Source: Minisyncoccota bacterium
GTDB lineage: Bacteria; Patescibacteriota; Minisyncoccia; Phycocordibacterales; UBA2100
Reading direction: 5' to 3'
NCBI GenBank assembly: GCA_031291875.1
Contig: JARLIE010000040.1
Span: forward strand, 132,088-196,087
DNA length: 64,000 bases
Shown here: in pieces, positions 31,018-41,730 of the stretch
Position numbering within the stretch: the first letter of the stretch is position 1
How the letters are laid out: every line of letters begins with the position of its first letter
The notes under the pieces: generated by a model
The model's database searches: none
Seen by the model: the letters and a program-made list of their open reading frames with translations, nothing else
Told to the model about the DNA's origin: nothing
Program-made: the position numbers and the translations under genes

Positions 31018-32325
31018 ATGTTAGGAAGACGTCTGTGGGCACTGCTCATAATCGTCCTGGGAGCCGGGGTCGGTTTTTTCGTATACCACACTCAGGTGAC
31101 AGGTTCTTGGCCGTTTAAGCTCGGTCTTGATCTCTCCGGCGGTACCCAGCTTGTCTATCAGGCCAACTTGAACGACATCCAGCAGCAGGATGTTGCGGGC
31201 TCTATGTCCGCGCTCCAGCAGACGATCGAGCGTCGCGTCAATCTCTTCGGCGTCGCTGAGCCGCTCGTGCAAACGGAAAACTCCGGCGGTCAGCAGCGAC
31301 TCATCGTTGAGTTGCCGGGCGTTACCGATACGCAGCGCGCGATCCAGCTTATCGGCCAGACGCCGGTTCTGGAGTTCCGACTTCTCAAACAAGGCGCGAC
31401 TCTCCCGACAGATACTTCGACAACGTCGATCAATGCGGCGTTTGAACCGGCTGTTTTGACCGGCGCCGATCTCACCAATGCGAGCCTGCAATTCCAGGGC
31501 GCAAGCGGGATCGTTCAGGAACCAACCGTCGTTCTGCAATTCAACACGCAAGGTGCACAACTCTTTTCGCAGATCACCGGCCAAAACATCGGTCGTCCGC
31601 TCGGTATTTTTCTCGATGGTGTACTGCTCGAGGCTCCAACGATCCAGCAGGCTATCCCGAACGGGCAGGCTATCATTTCCGGCAACATGACCGCGCAGAG
31701 CGCGAGAGACCTTGCGGACAGCTTGAATGAAGGTGCCTTGCCGGTCCCCATCCAGCTCATTTCGACGGAAACGGTTGCCGGCACTCTCGGCAGCCAAGCG
31801 GTACAAAGCGGCGTTCTCGCCGGTCTTATCGGCGTCGGTCTCGTCATGATCTTTATGGTTCTCTGGTATCGATTGCCGGGATTGCTCGCTTGCGTCGCAC
31901 TCTCGCTCTACATCATTGTCGTACTCGCACTTTTCAAAGTTATTCCCGTCACCCTGACCGCTGCAGGTATCGCCGCGTTCATTCTTTCGATCGGTATGGC
32001 CGTCGACGCCAACATCCTTATCTTCGAGCGAATGAAGGAAGAGTTGCGAAGCGGCAAGGGAGCGGAGGCGGCAATCCGCGATGGATTCGCGCGCGCCTGG
32101 CCCTCGATCCGCGACTCCAACATCTCTTCGATGATCACTGCCGTCATTCTTTTCTACTTCGGGACTGACATCATTCAGGGCTTCGCACTCGTCTTCGGAC
32201 TCGGCGTACTTGTCTCGATGTTGACTGCGATCTCGGTTTCTCGCACGTTCCTCTATGCGCTCGGTCTCAAAGCACAGGGAGGCTTCTCGCGATTCCTTTT
32301 CAGTAGCGGCATTTCCCTCAAATAA
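31018..32325 (+). CDS. secD: Protein translocase subunit SecD
   Basis: KLGLDLSGG, ERRVNLFGVAEP, GMAVDANILIFER. Confidence 0.97.
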   Translation: MLGRRLWALLIIVLGAGVGFFVYHTQVTGSWPFKLGLDLSGGTQLVYQANLNDIQQQDVAGSMSALQQTIERRVNLFGVAEPLVQTENSGGQQRLIVELPGVTDTQRAIQLIGQTPVLEFRLLKQGATLPTDTSTTSINAAFEPAVLTGADLTNASLQFQGASGIVQEPTVVLQFNTQGAQLFSQITGQNIGRPLGIFLDGVLLEAPTIQQAIPNGQAIISGNMTAQSARDLADSLNEGALPVPIQLISTETVAGTLGSQAVQSGVLAGLIGVGLVMIFMVLWYRLPGLLACVALSLYIIVVLALFKVIPVTLTAAGIAAFILSIGMAVDANILIFERMKEELRSGKGAEAAIRDGFARAWPSIRDSNISSMITAVILFYFGTDIIQGFALVFGLGVLVSMLTAISVSRTFLYALGLKAQGGFSRFLFSSGISLK

Positions 32326-32326
32326 T

Positions 32327-33229
32327 ATGTTCATCATTCGTCATCGGTACTGGTTCTTCAGCTTCACCGCGATTGTCGTGATCCTTTCGATTGCTTCGCT
32401 CGTTTTCTATGGACTTCACGAAAGCATCGATTTCACCGGCGGCACGCTCGTCGATGTCACCTATCCCGCAAGGAAGCCGAGTGCCGCGATACTCGAGCAA
32501 TCGCTCAACACGGCAGGCTTTTCTGGTTATTCACTCCGCGAAGTCGGCGCAAGCGACTACGATCTTCGTTCGAGCAATCTCACCGACGCACAGCGCAACA
32601 ACTTGCCCGCGATACTTTCCATCAACGGCCAGTATCCAGCCAACGTCGTTTCGCTCGATGAGATCGGTCCGACCATCGGTGCGCAGCTGCGTTCGAATTC
32701 GATCACGGCGGTCGGCCTCGTCCTTTTGTGCATCCTTCTCTTTATTGCATTTGCGTTCCGTAAGGTATCCAAACCGGTCTCTTCGTGGATGTATGGCCTT
32801 ATGGCGATCGTCGGCCTTTGCCACAACGTGCTCGTGACCTGCGGCTTCTTTGCGCTCTTGGGGCACCTCACGGGCGCTCAAGTCGACACGCTCTTCGTTA
32901 CGGCGATCCTCACGGTTCTTGGCTTCTCAGTACACGACACCATCGTGGTGTTCGACCGAGTTCGCGAAAATCTCCGCGTCAACCAGGAGAAGGGAAGGCG
33001 AGAAGATTTCGAAGAGACAGCGGGCCGTGCGCTTGGTCAAACGTTCACGCGCTCCATCAATACGTCGCTCACGGTGCTCCTTACATTGCTCGCGCTCTAT
33101 TTCCTCGGTCCGCAATCGACGCAAACCTTTTCGCTCACACTTCTCGTCGGTATTATCGCTGGTACGTACTCTTCGATTTTCCTCGCAACGCCGCTTTTGG
33201 CCGAGATCGAAACTCGTCGCAAAAAATAG
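32327..33229 (+). CDS. secF: Protein translocase subunit SecF
   Basis: IDFTGGT, GFSVHDTIVVFDRVREN, TRSINTS. Start MFIIRH. Confidence 0.97.
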   Translation: MFIIRHRYWFFSFTAIVVILSIASLVFYGLHESIDFTGGTLVDVTYPARKPSAAILEQSLNTAGFSGYSLREVGASDYDLRSSNLTDAQRNNLPAILSINGQYPANVVSLDEIGPTIGAQLRSNSITAVGLVLLCILLFIAFAFRKVSKPVSSWMYGLMAIVGLCHNVLVTCGFFALLGHLTGAQVDTLFVTAILTVLGFSVHDTIVVFDRVRENLRVNQEKGRREDFEETAGRALGQTFTRSINTSLTVLLTLLALYFLGPQSTQTFSLTLLVGIIAGTYSSIFLATPLLAEIETRRKK

Positions 33230-33285
33230 GCAAAAAGAAAAGCGCCGGAACATTCGTTCCGGCGCTTTCGCCTTTGGGTGGAGCT

Positions 33286-33783
33286 TCACGCCGCAGATTT
33301 CCGCGGCAAAGAAAAGAGCCGCTCGATGAACATGCGCCCGTCACGACCGAAATCGTTCAAGGGCATGAACTGCGCAAAATGGAAGTGTTCTCCGGCGACG
33401 CCAGATTCATCCATCTTGTCGCGATAGAGCCCGACTAGGTGAATATACTTGCACGACTTGATGAGGTGACGTGAAAGCAGTGAATTCCAGTTGCCGATCA
33501 GGCCGACGAGTTTGCCGATTTCGTAGGCTTCGTGAATGGCGAGGCGTTCGACCCGTTGCAGTTCCGATTCCTCGCGACCATTGCTTTTGCCACTTGCTTT
33601 GCCCTGCATGACGACCAGTGCGTCGACCTTGGCCAGCGTCTCTCGAATCGCGTCGAGGCTCACCAATAAGTCGCGCTTGTGGGCTCCCAGGTACACTGCT
33701 TTTCCGTTTGCGCTGTTGACGAAGTCTGCCGCACGCAGCGCTTCGGTCTCGGTATCGGCGTGGGACACCACCAATAGCTTCAT
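33286..33783 (-). CDS. Orphan hypothetical protein, alpha/beta Rossmann-like pattern
   Basis: 165-aa ORF, GGAG 6 nt upstream, shares the bidirectional terminator 33239-33268 with secF. Confidence 0.7.
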   Translation of the reverse strand: MKLLVVSHADTETEALRAADFVNSANGKAVYLGAHKRDLLVSLDAIRETLAKVDALVVMQGKASGKSNGREESELQRVERLAIHEAYEIGKLVGLIGNWNSLLSRHLIKSCKYIHLVGLYRDKMDESGVAGEHFHFAQFMPLNDFGRDGRMFIERLFSLPRKSAA

Positions 33784-33908
33784 ATTCCGCTCCGCTCTAG
33801 GTTGTTTGAAAGAACTAAGAACTTACAGGCTTGCTGTACCAGATTTCGCTTTGCGATCTGGAATCTTGCTCGATCGGTCTTCGGGAAAGATTCCAGATAA
33901 CAGTCACT

Positions 33909-34030
33909 AAAAAAGCCCCGCTTCGGGGCCTGGTTGTTTGCGAATGTCTCTGCTCTTACCGCGCAAATGCCAAACCCCGATGGGTTCTAAAATAGAAGAA
34001 ATAAAACCATTGCGCGCTACGAAACATGTT
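33909..34030 (-). ncRNA. Candidate about 120-nt sRNA or attenuator
   Basis: TTGACA(34064)-N17-TACTTT promoter, long hairpin, terminator GCCCCG-AAG-CGGGGC-TTTTTT at 33929-33909. Confidence 0.45.
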
Positions 34031-34298
34031 CATACAAAGTATCGGTTCTGATGAACCTTGTCAATTACCGTAGCACGGCCACTCGTCAGTCTGCATGAAA
34101 ACAGTGCGTCTGTAGCTTGACGCCGCAGAGCTGCGGGACTACCATTTTTGATGGACGGCCTAAAACAGTTCACGGTGATTTCAGCGCACACGTTTTTCGT
34201 GTATCGAGATCGGCCCACCTCGGGTGATTCGATCCCGGTACACGAACATGACGGTCATGTTCGATGATATCGGCAACTCGTTCTTGAGGGCAAAAACA

Positions 34299-34508
34299 AT
34301 GGCAATAAAGACGCACGACCCAGGCCTCCTTCCCGAACACTTGGGCATCGGTAGCAACCAGCCGTTCGATCACAAACCGCGTTCCGGCCTCCCGCACGAG
34401 CCGATGCAGGCAGTTGCGGGCGAGACTGGAGGTAGTGATCCGGATACACAGGGCAAACCGCTTAGTCAGGTGAATGGCGGCTTCGTGGAAAAATTCCGCG
34501 GCATTTGA
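34299..34508 (+). CDS. Small orphan protein (69 aa)
   Basis: Promoter TTGACG(34117)-N17-TACCAT, GAGGG 8 nt before ATG, hairpin at about 34532-34552. Confidence 0.45.
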   Translation: MAIKTHDPGLLPEHLGIGSNQPFDHKPRSGLPHEPMQAVAGETGGSDPDTQGKPLSQVNGGFVEKFRGI

Positions 34509-34763
34509 AGTCGTGACAGTACATACTGACGCCGCCTGGTTCTCCAGGCGGCTCTTTACTTGTGCTGCTTGACACTGATGACTCGTCAGCTATTGTGAAA
34601 TTATGTTTTTTAAGCAGGATCAAGTACTTCGTCTTGAAGTTCTCCTTACCGATTTCGGTGGGGGTTCTGCTTGTCTCTAAATCTCAAGATTCGGAAACAA
34701 GGAGGCCCTCCACCAAGAGCCTTGTTCTTTGAATCTATGGTGGCAACCAGGAAAGGAAAGTAG

Positions 34764-35183
34764 ATGTCACGAGCAGCTGCGAAGAAAACGACCGCCGATC
34801 AACCGGTGGTACCGGAGCGAATAAAACTCGTTTCGTACCGAATTATCTCTGGTACGAAGATCGAGAATAACGTGAGCGGCGTGTTGCATATCGGGCCCGA
34901 GCGTACCGTCTTCGAGGAATCGGGGACCGACACAATGGATGCGCTGTGCAAAGCGCTTCAGATCCTCGCGCCGGGATTTAAGGTGATGGAATACGACCTC
35001 AGGGCCGCCAATTTACCCTCGGCCTCCGAAGCAACGGCGAATGTGGTTCTTGCCAGCAACGGCCGCACCTATGGCGGCGTCGGCCGAGATGGGAATATGG
35101 ACGTCGCGATGGCAAAAGCCGTCGTCGGCGCATTAAATCAGTTGCGCACCGGTGAGTTTCGCATTGCAAATGGAATCGACTAA
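34764..35183 (+). CDS. Stand-alone LeuA (isopropylmalate synthase) allosteric-domain protein
   Basis: SGTDTMDALCKAL..MEYDLRA..SEATANV..GRTYGGVGRDGNMDVAMAKAVVGALN matches the LeuA dimerisation domain pattern. Own promoter (TTGACA 34569, TATTGT 34591), AAAGGA SD and terminator. Confidence 0.75.
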   Translation: MSRAAAKKTTADQPVVPERIKLVSYRIISGTKIENNVSGVLHIGPERTVFEESGTDTMDALCKALQILAPGFKVMEYDLRAANLPSASEATANVVLASNGRTYGGVGRDGNMDVAMAKAVVGALNQLRTGEFRIANGID

Positions 35184-35326
35184 CCAAGGAGGAAGAAGAG
35201 ATCGATCTTTTGGATTATCGTCGCCGGCGCATTTCGCGCCGGCGATTTTTCTTGACGCAGGTCGATTTCAACCTACACTAAGCGCTCCGAACGTAGCTTG
35301 GAGTTCGGCGATCTTTGGAGGTTTCT

Positions 35327-35497
35327 ATGGGTACTGACTCGACCACGACCAAGAAGCTTGACCCGTCTCGAGGACGAGACAACACGTGCTCGCCATCATT
35401 GCGTGAGCCGAGCACCGGAACGCGGCCGAACCGCCTCACCAAGCGTGAAGCAAACAGCGGGGAAGCCGAGGAATCGGAATTCAAGCCCGCACATTGA
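35327..35497 (+). CDS. Small hydrophilic orphan peptide (56 aa)
   Basis: TTGACG(35252)-N16-TACACT, GGAGG 5 nt before ATG, terminator at 35519-35549. Confidence 0.5.
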   Translation: MGTDSTTTKKLDPSRGRDNTCSPSLREPSTGTRPNRLTKREANSGEAEESEFKPAH

Positions 35498-35826
35498 TCT
35501 GTCGATGATGCTATCGACCAAAGACCCTGAATCCGTTCAGGGTCTTTTGTTATCCTCATGAATTCTCGGCACCTTGCAAAACGGGCGTACAATACTAAAA
35601 GCGACAAATGGCTCGGCAGGAAGTGAACTGACCCACCGGAAAGGGGATCTTCCAATCGACTCGCATGGCCACAGGGTACACGGATGGTCCCTGCCTCCCA
35701 GCGAGTCAAAACAGCTCGGTACGCGTTTGCCTGTGTCTCTATACATAAACCCTATAGGGAGAACTCCTAAACGGAGGGCGCGTCAGAGCAATCTGGCGCG
35801 CCGTTTACCATGAAAACGCCATGCGC

Positions 35827-35854
35827 TTGACATGAAATCGACTTCGCTTATACT
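35827..35854 (+). promoter_or_regulatory. Promoter of the 16S gene
   Basis: TTGACA-N16-TATACT, boxA-like GAACTTTGAAAAC at 35971. Confidence 0.85.
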
Positions 35855-36201
35855 TGGCCGACCATCGCTCCTGATGGCCTTTTCTTTGGAATCTTTGCGG
35901 TTCCAAAAGAATCGCTCAAGCATCATCTCGATGCAGAGCCTTTCAACCGAAACGTCGGCGGAGCATGGTTGAACTTTGAAAACTGAATAAAGAAGATTGT
36001 ACGCATCAAGATCGAAGCAATTCGATCGTTGGTAAGTAAACACACAAAAAAACAGTAAGTGGAAGGAAAGTATGGTATCCGAACGGATAGTTCGGATAGC
36101 ACATTCTTTTGTTCCGTCCATCCTAAGAAAGAGTAAGAAACAAATTCTAGAAGCCTCTCGTTGCCGATTCATTCGGCCGACGCTTCGAAGGTAAAATTAC
36201 T

Positions 36202-37655
<1,454 letters not shown>

Positions 37656-37938
37656 TCAAAAATTGACCTTTCTGCCTTTAGTGGTGGATCGAGTCGAGTC
37701 GATTCGTGTGTCTCGATCGAGCACATGAGGGAAATGGCATTCATCCCAAAATGATGCCTGACAACTCGCAAAGACGAGTGTTTGGACGGAACAAAAGAGT
37801 GTAAATCCAAATCCAAGTACTGTGTGTGTTACAAAACAAAATAGGCCGCCCAAAGCGGTCTCTTTTGCGTTGGGCCGAACGATGCTAGGCTGAATGAGGT
37901 CACGCTCTCACCGCATAAGAGGGCAGGAGGGAACGATC

Positions 37939-38154
37939 ATGTTTATGGCTTTTATGGGACCTTGTCCTTTGCCCGGACCTGGTCCTCGTAAGGAACCGAC
38001 GCCGCGTCGGAAGTTGCCTCAAAAGAGAGAGTTGCCTCGCGGGAGCTTGCTTGAACGCACGTTGCTTGCCGCGAGCATCGTCGGTCTCATCGTCCTGTTC
38101 GGGATTCCGGCGTTGGGAATTCTGATCGGAAAGAAGTTCTCCAAACATACGTAA
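37939..38154 (+). CDS. Small orphan protein with C-terminal TM helix (71 aa)
   Basis: AGGAGG 8 nt before ATG, TG-C-TAGGCT extended -10 at 37883-37891. Confidence 0.6.
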   Translation: MFMAFMGPCPLPGPGPRKEPTPRRKLPQKRELPRGSLLERTLLAASIVGLIVLFGIPALGILIGKKFSKHT

Positions 38155-38268
38155 GTATAGGAGAGTCCGAATCCTTTAGTTGCCGAAGTAAAGAAAATGC
38201 CGGGTTCGCGAATGCGAACCCGGCTTTGTCATTTGAAACTGAAGAACTCAACGAGTGGAGGCATGATC

Positions 38269-38379
38269 ATGCCGGATCTTCGGCGTTCGTTGCCCGCTGT
38301 CAAAAGCGGCGACGCGCGCCATGCGTTCGAACTTCTGCATAATACGGCGCAGGCCGCTTTTCGGACGTCGACCCGGTGA
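38269..38379 (+). CDS. Possible 36-aa peptide
   Basis: boxA-like GTCATTTGAAACT at 38228 and GGAGG 7 nt before ATG. Coding status unsure. Confidence 0.3.
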   Translation: MPDLRRSLPAVKSGDARHAFELLHNTAQAAFRTSTR

Positions 38380-38589
38380 TTTGCCTTTCGAAGCCATTCC
38401 GTTTCTCCCTAGTGGCAGCAAGATTGGAGGACCGTTCCGCCAATCCGTGCCAAAAAGTAGCATAAACGCTTCATTTTTGCTACTATCTTTTTGCGAATTG
38501 CGCCGTAAGCCTTTGTCTTGTAGCAAAGTTTTTAGGTGCGTCGTTTTGGGGAAATTGCGAGCACAAAGCCGCAATTTTACTCCTTAGTA

Positions 38590-38661
38590 GCGCTAGTAGT
38601 TCAGTGGTAGAACGCTGTCCTGATAAGACAGAGGTCGTAGGTCCGATTCCTACCTAGCGCA
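38590..38661 (+). tRNA. tRNA-Ile(GAT)
   Basis: Acceptor GCGCTAG/CTAGCGC, anticodon arm CTGTC-CTGATAA-GACAG, full CCA not encoded. Confidence 0.95.
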
Positions 38662-38862
38662 CCTGACTGAAAAATCCTGCCTGTGCAGGATTTTTCTGTA
38701 CAGGTGCGGGCCGGAGCGATGTCGCGCCAACAGGCGAAGCTAGCGAGACGGGGCCGCGAAATTTTGTTCGCGACGGCGAATAAATGTCCGTGACCACGAG
38801 GAAGAAAAGAATTACCCGTGACCACAAAAGACAGATGAATAATGAGCGCGTATAATGCCCCC

Positions 38863-40176
38863 ATGAATTACAGGATTCAGGGCGGCAGGAGGCTTTCGGG
38901 CACGGTACAGACCAATGTTTCGAAGAATGCGGCGGTGGCGCTACTTGCCGCGTCGATCCTCAATAAAGGAACGACCACCCTGAAAAAGATGCCTCGTATC
39001 GAGGAGGTAAAGCGGCTTATCGAAACTCTCGAATCGATCGGCGTGCAGATCGAATGGAGCGAGAACGGAGACATGACGCTTACGCCGCCGACAAGGTTCG
39101 ACCTTGGCGCGATCAATCGCGCTTCTGCAGAACGCACCCGTTCGATCGCGCTTTTTATCGCGCCGCTCGCACACATGCTCGGCTCCTTCGAGCTCCCGGC
39201 GCCCACAGGCTGCGATTTGGGCAAACGAAGTCTTGGCGCGCATATCGATGCACTCGAAAAGCTCGGCATCAAAATCAGTGGCAATGAAGAGGCGCACACC
39301 TATCATGTCGAAAGCAATATCGGCAAAGGGGAACGCACGACGGAGATAGTCATGTACGAAGCATCCGACACCGGCGTCGAGAACGTGCTTATGGCGGCCG
39401 CAAAGATTCCGGGCGTGACGACTATTAAGTTCGCCTCCGCCAATTACATGGTGCAGGACCTGTGCGTTTTTTTGCAGGCCTGTGGCGTACAGATCGACGG
39501 TATTGGTACCTCGACGCTTGTTGTGCGTGGCGTAAAAGATCTCAATGCAGCTATCGTCGGATTCCCGAGCGAAGATCCGATTGAAAGCATGTTCTTTGTT
39601 TCGCTCGCCGCAACTACCGGTTCGGAGCTTACGATCCAGCGCTGCCCGATTGATTTTCTTGAATTGGAACTCTACACCCTGGGGCAAATGGGATTGCACT
39701 ACGAAATAGGTGAGCGCTATCTCGCTGAAAACGGCCGTGCGGTACTTGCCGACGTCGTAATTCGTCCATCGAAGCTCCTCGCCGCGCCGGATAAAATCGC
39801 CGCACGACCGTACCCGGGTATTAATATCGACAACTTGCCGTTCTTTGTTCCTCCGGCCACCCAGGCCCAAGGGGCGACGCTCATCCACGACTGGGTCTAC
39901 GATGGCCGCGCCAAGTGGTATTTGGAAATGAATAAACTCGGCGCAAATATCAAACTGCTCGACGACCACCGCGCGCTCGTAACGGGACCGACCAAACTGC
40001 ACGGCGCCGAAGTAGATGCGCCGCCGGCGCTTCGTCCCGCGACGCTGCTCCTGATCGGCATGCTTGCCTCAGAGGGGGAATCGACGCTTCGCAATGTGTA
40101 TCCGATCAATAGAGGGTATGCGAATTTAGCCGAACGGTTGCAAAAATTGGGCGCGGAAATCCAAGCGATAGAGTGA
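38863..40176 (+). CDS. murA: UDP-N-acetylglucosamine 1-carboxyvinyltransferase
   Basis: SKNAAVALL, GCDLGKR catalytic loop, PYPGINID, INRGY. TATAAT lies 6 nt before ATG. Confidence 0.95.
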   Translation: MNYRIQGGRRLSGTVQTNVSKNAAVALLAASILNKGTTTLKKMPRIEEVKRLIETLESIGVQIEWSENGDMTLTPPTRFDLGAINRASAERTRSIALFIAPLAHMLGSFELPAPTGCDLGKRSLGAHIDALEKLGIKISGNEEAHTYHVESNIGKGERTTEIVMYEASDTGVENVLMAAAKIPGVTTIKFASANYMVQDLCVFLQACGVQIDGIGTSTLVVRGVKDLNAAIVGFPSEDPIESMFFVSLAATTGSELTIQRCPIDFLELELYTLGQMGLHYEIGERYLAENGRAVLADVVIRPSKLLAAPDKIAARPYPGINIDNLPFFVPPATQAQGATLIHDWVYDGRAKWYLEMNKLGANIKLLDDHRALVTGPTKLHGAEVDAPPALRPATLLLIGMLASEGESTLRNVYPINRGYANLAERLQKLGAEIQAIE

Positions 40177-40278
40177 GTGGCGGCTCTCACGTGTGATTAA
40201 TTTGACAGCAAGTCCCGTTGCGTTAGGGTAGGAGAAGAATCTGGGATTGGCCCGGATCGCAACACGCGAGGATATCCA

Positions 40279-40551
40279 ATGAGCGCTTCGCAAATTGCCG
40301 CGGGCAGGTCTCACCCGGACCGCGCGAAAGTCGGTAGGACGATCACCGGCTGGGTGGCTTCCCGAGAAGGAAAGCAATGGCGTATTGAGGTCGAAGACGG
40401 CGGCCCGTCCAGAGTGCTGGATAAGTCGTGCCTGAACAGTTCGGGCTTCGTCGACGTCGAGGCCGCGGAGGGACGAACGATCATTTTCGAAACTTCGCCG
40501 AATAACGAGCTCGAGATCTCGCGAGTCATCGCATTTGGCGAGAAGGCTTGA
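40279..40551 (+). CDS. Small orphan protein, possibly OB-fold (S1/CSD-like)
   Basis: TTGACA(40202)-N16-TAGGGT, GAGGA 6 nt upstream, terminator at 40578-40607. Fold guessed from the beta-strand pattern only. Confidence 0.65.
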   Translation: MSASQIAAGRSHPDRAKVGRTITGWVASREGKQWRIEVEDGGPSRVLDKSCLNSSGFVDVEAAEGRTIIFETSPNNELEISRVIAFGEKA

Positions 40552-40624
40552 ATCGAGATAGGGTGTCACGATCATAAGGAGGGGACCTGTGCCCCTCCGA
40601 TTTTTTTGGTACTATCTGCAACGC

Positions 40625-40706
40625 GGGCATGTGGCGGAATTGGTATACGCGTGCGTCTCAGAAGCGCATTCCGAAAGGATTGGGAGTTCGAGTCTCCCCA
40701 TGCCCA
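40625..40706 (+). tRNA. tRNA-Leu(CAG)
   Basis: GGGCATG/CATGCCC acceptor, TGCGT-CTCAGAA-GCGCA anticodon arm, long variable arm, GTTCGAG T-loop. Confidence 0.96.
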
Positions 40707-40949
40707 CCGCGGTATGCCGACCAGGCACGTTCTCGAGCCTGGCGCTCATATATTGAGCGTTGTATAGTCTCGCCGGAGTGCTCTTTGTCATCGCAGCGCT
40801 TACCTTCAATCCAAAGCAGTTTGCCGCAGCAGAAAGCGGCTCAAATTTGGGCCTCGCTCTGCTATGGCAAACTCTCACGAACGAGAGAGCCCGCTAGCAA
40901 CGCGACTATTTGTCCGATTAAGGACTGTTTGTCGCAGAGGAGACAACTC

Positions 40950-41519
40950 ATGAACGATTTCACGTTCGATGTTGGGCTCGCCTTCAAGCTCAAGCAAGCA
41001 GCTGTACGTAATGGTATCGAGGATGCCGCTGATATCGACTGGCTGTGCCAGGGGAAAAACCTCGCAGACATACGTCGGGTTCGATTAGGATATGCAGCCA
41101 TTACGATACCGGAGCACTTGATTGACCTCGACACCGATCCGTTCGTTCCCAAAGGTTGGAAGGTCGAGGAACATCGAAAAGGCGGTCACTTCAAATGGGA
41201 CGCCACGAAGGTCGTGTTGTATAGCTCGAAGAGGCAGCGAGATGGCAAGTGGATGACGGGCGACATGCTCCGCGAGGAGCTGAAAGGCAAGAGCGTCTAC
41301 AACGCCAATTTGCTCGACTACCTGCTCAAACATCCACTCCTCATTCCCGAGGAGTGGAAGGGCACGCCCGTCTCTTTCTGGGGAACCGCGTACTGCCACC
41401 CTGACGTCCGCCTCTTCGTTCGCTGCCTCTATTGGTATGGCGACTGGTGGCACTGGCGCTATTGCCCGCTCGACGGCGACTGGGACGGCGCTAATCTTGC
41501 TGCGGTGCACGTAAGTTGA
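40950..41519 (+). CDS. Probable DGR variable (target) protein with Trp-rich C-terminus
   Basis: IPEEWKG..FWGT..VRCLYWYGDWWHW..LDGDWDG..AAV, 31/37 terminal codons are NNY, AGGAG 7 nt before ATG 40950. Confidence 0.75.
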   Translation: MNDFTFDVGLAFKLKQAAVRNGIEDAADIDWLCQGKNLADIRRVRLGYAAITIPEHLIDLDTDPFVPKGWKVEEHRKGGHFKWDATKVVLYSSKRQRDGKWMTGDMLREELKGKSVYNANLLDYLLKHPLLIPEEWKGTPVSFWGTAYCHPDVRLFVRCLYWYGDWWHWRYCPLDGDWDGANLAAVHVS

Positions 41520-41574
41520 ATTTTGGGCTTGGTGCCTTGGGATTTTTGACCCTTTGCGCTTTGCTCTTATAATC

Positions 41575-41602
41575 GAACCGCGCATCCGAAGATGCGCGGT
41601 TC
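41575..41602 (+). terminator. Perfect 12-bp hairpin after the putative DGR target (terminator and/or target-recognition hairpin)
   Basis: GAACCGCGCATC-CGAA-GATGCGCGGTTC followed by TTTCTT. Confidence 0.75.
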
Positions 41603-41730
41603 TTTCTTGTAGGGAGTTATGATCTCAACTCCTGCCGCTCCGGCACATTCTCGAGTCTTTGCGATTTGATGATTTCGACGAGAATGTTTGCTATGATTTT
41701 TGTTCGAGGTTTATCACAAAAAAGCCACTC

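Noticed and set aside
31021-32337. 438-aa antisense ORF over secD, and similar ones over rodA, murA, murC and folD
   Set aside because: Antisense open frames expected from GC-rich codon bias, with no motifs or expression signals
40629-40949. N-terminal extension of the 296-aa ORF
   Set aside because: Overlaps tRNA-Leu and the leader. The likely start is ATG 40950 with an SD.
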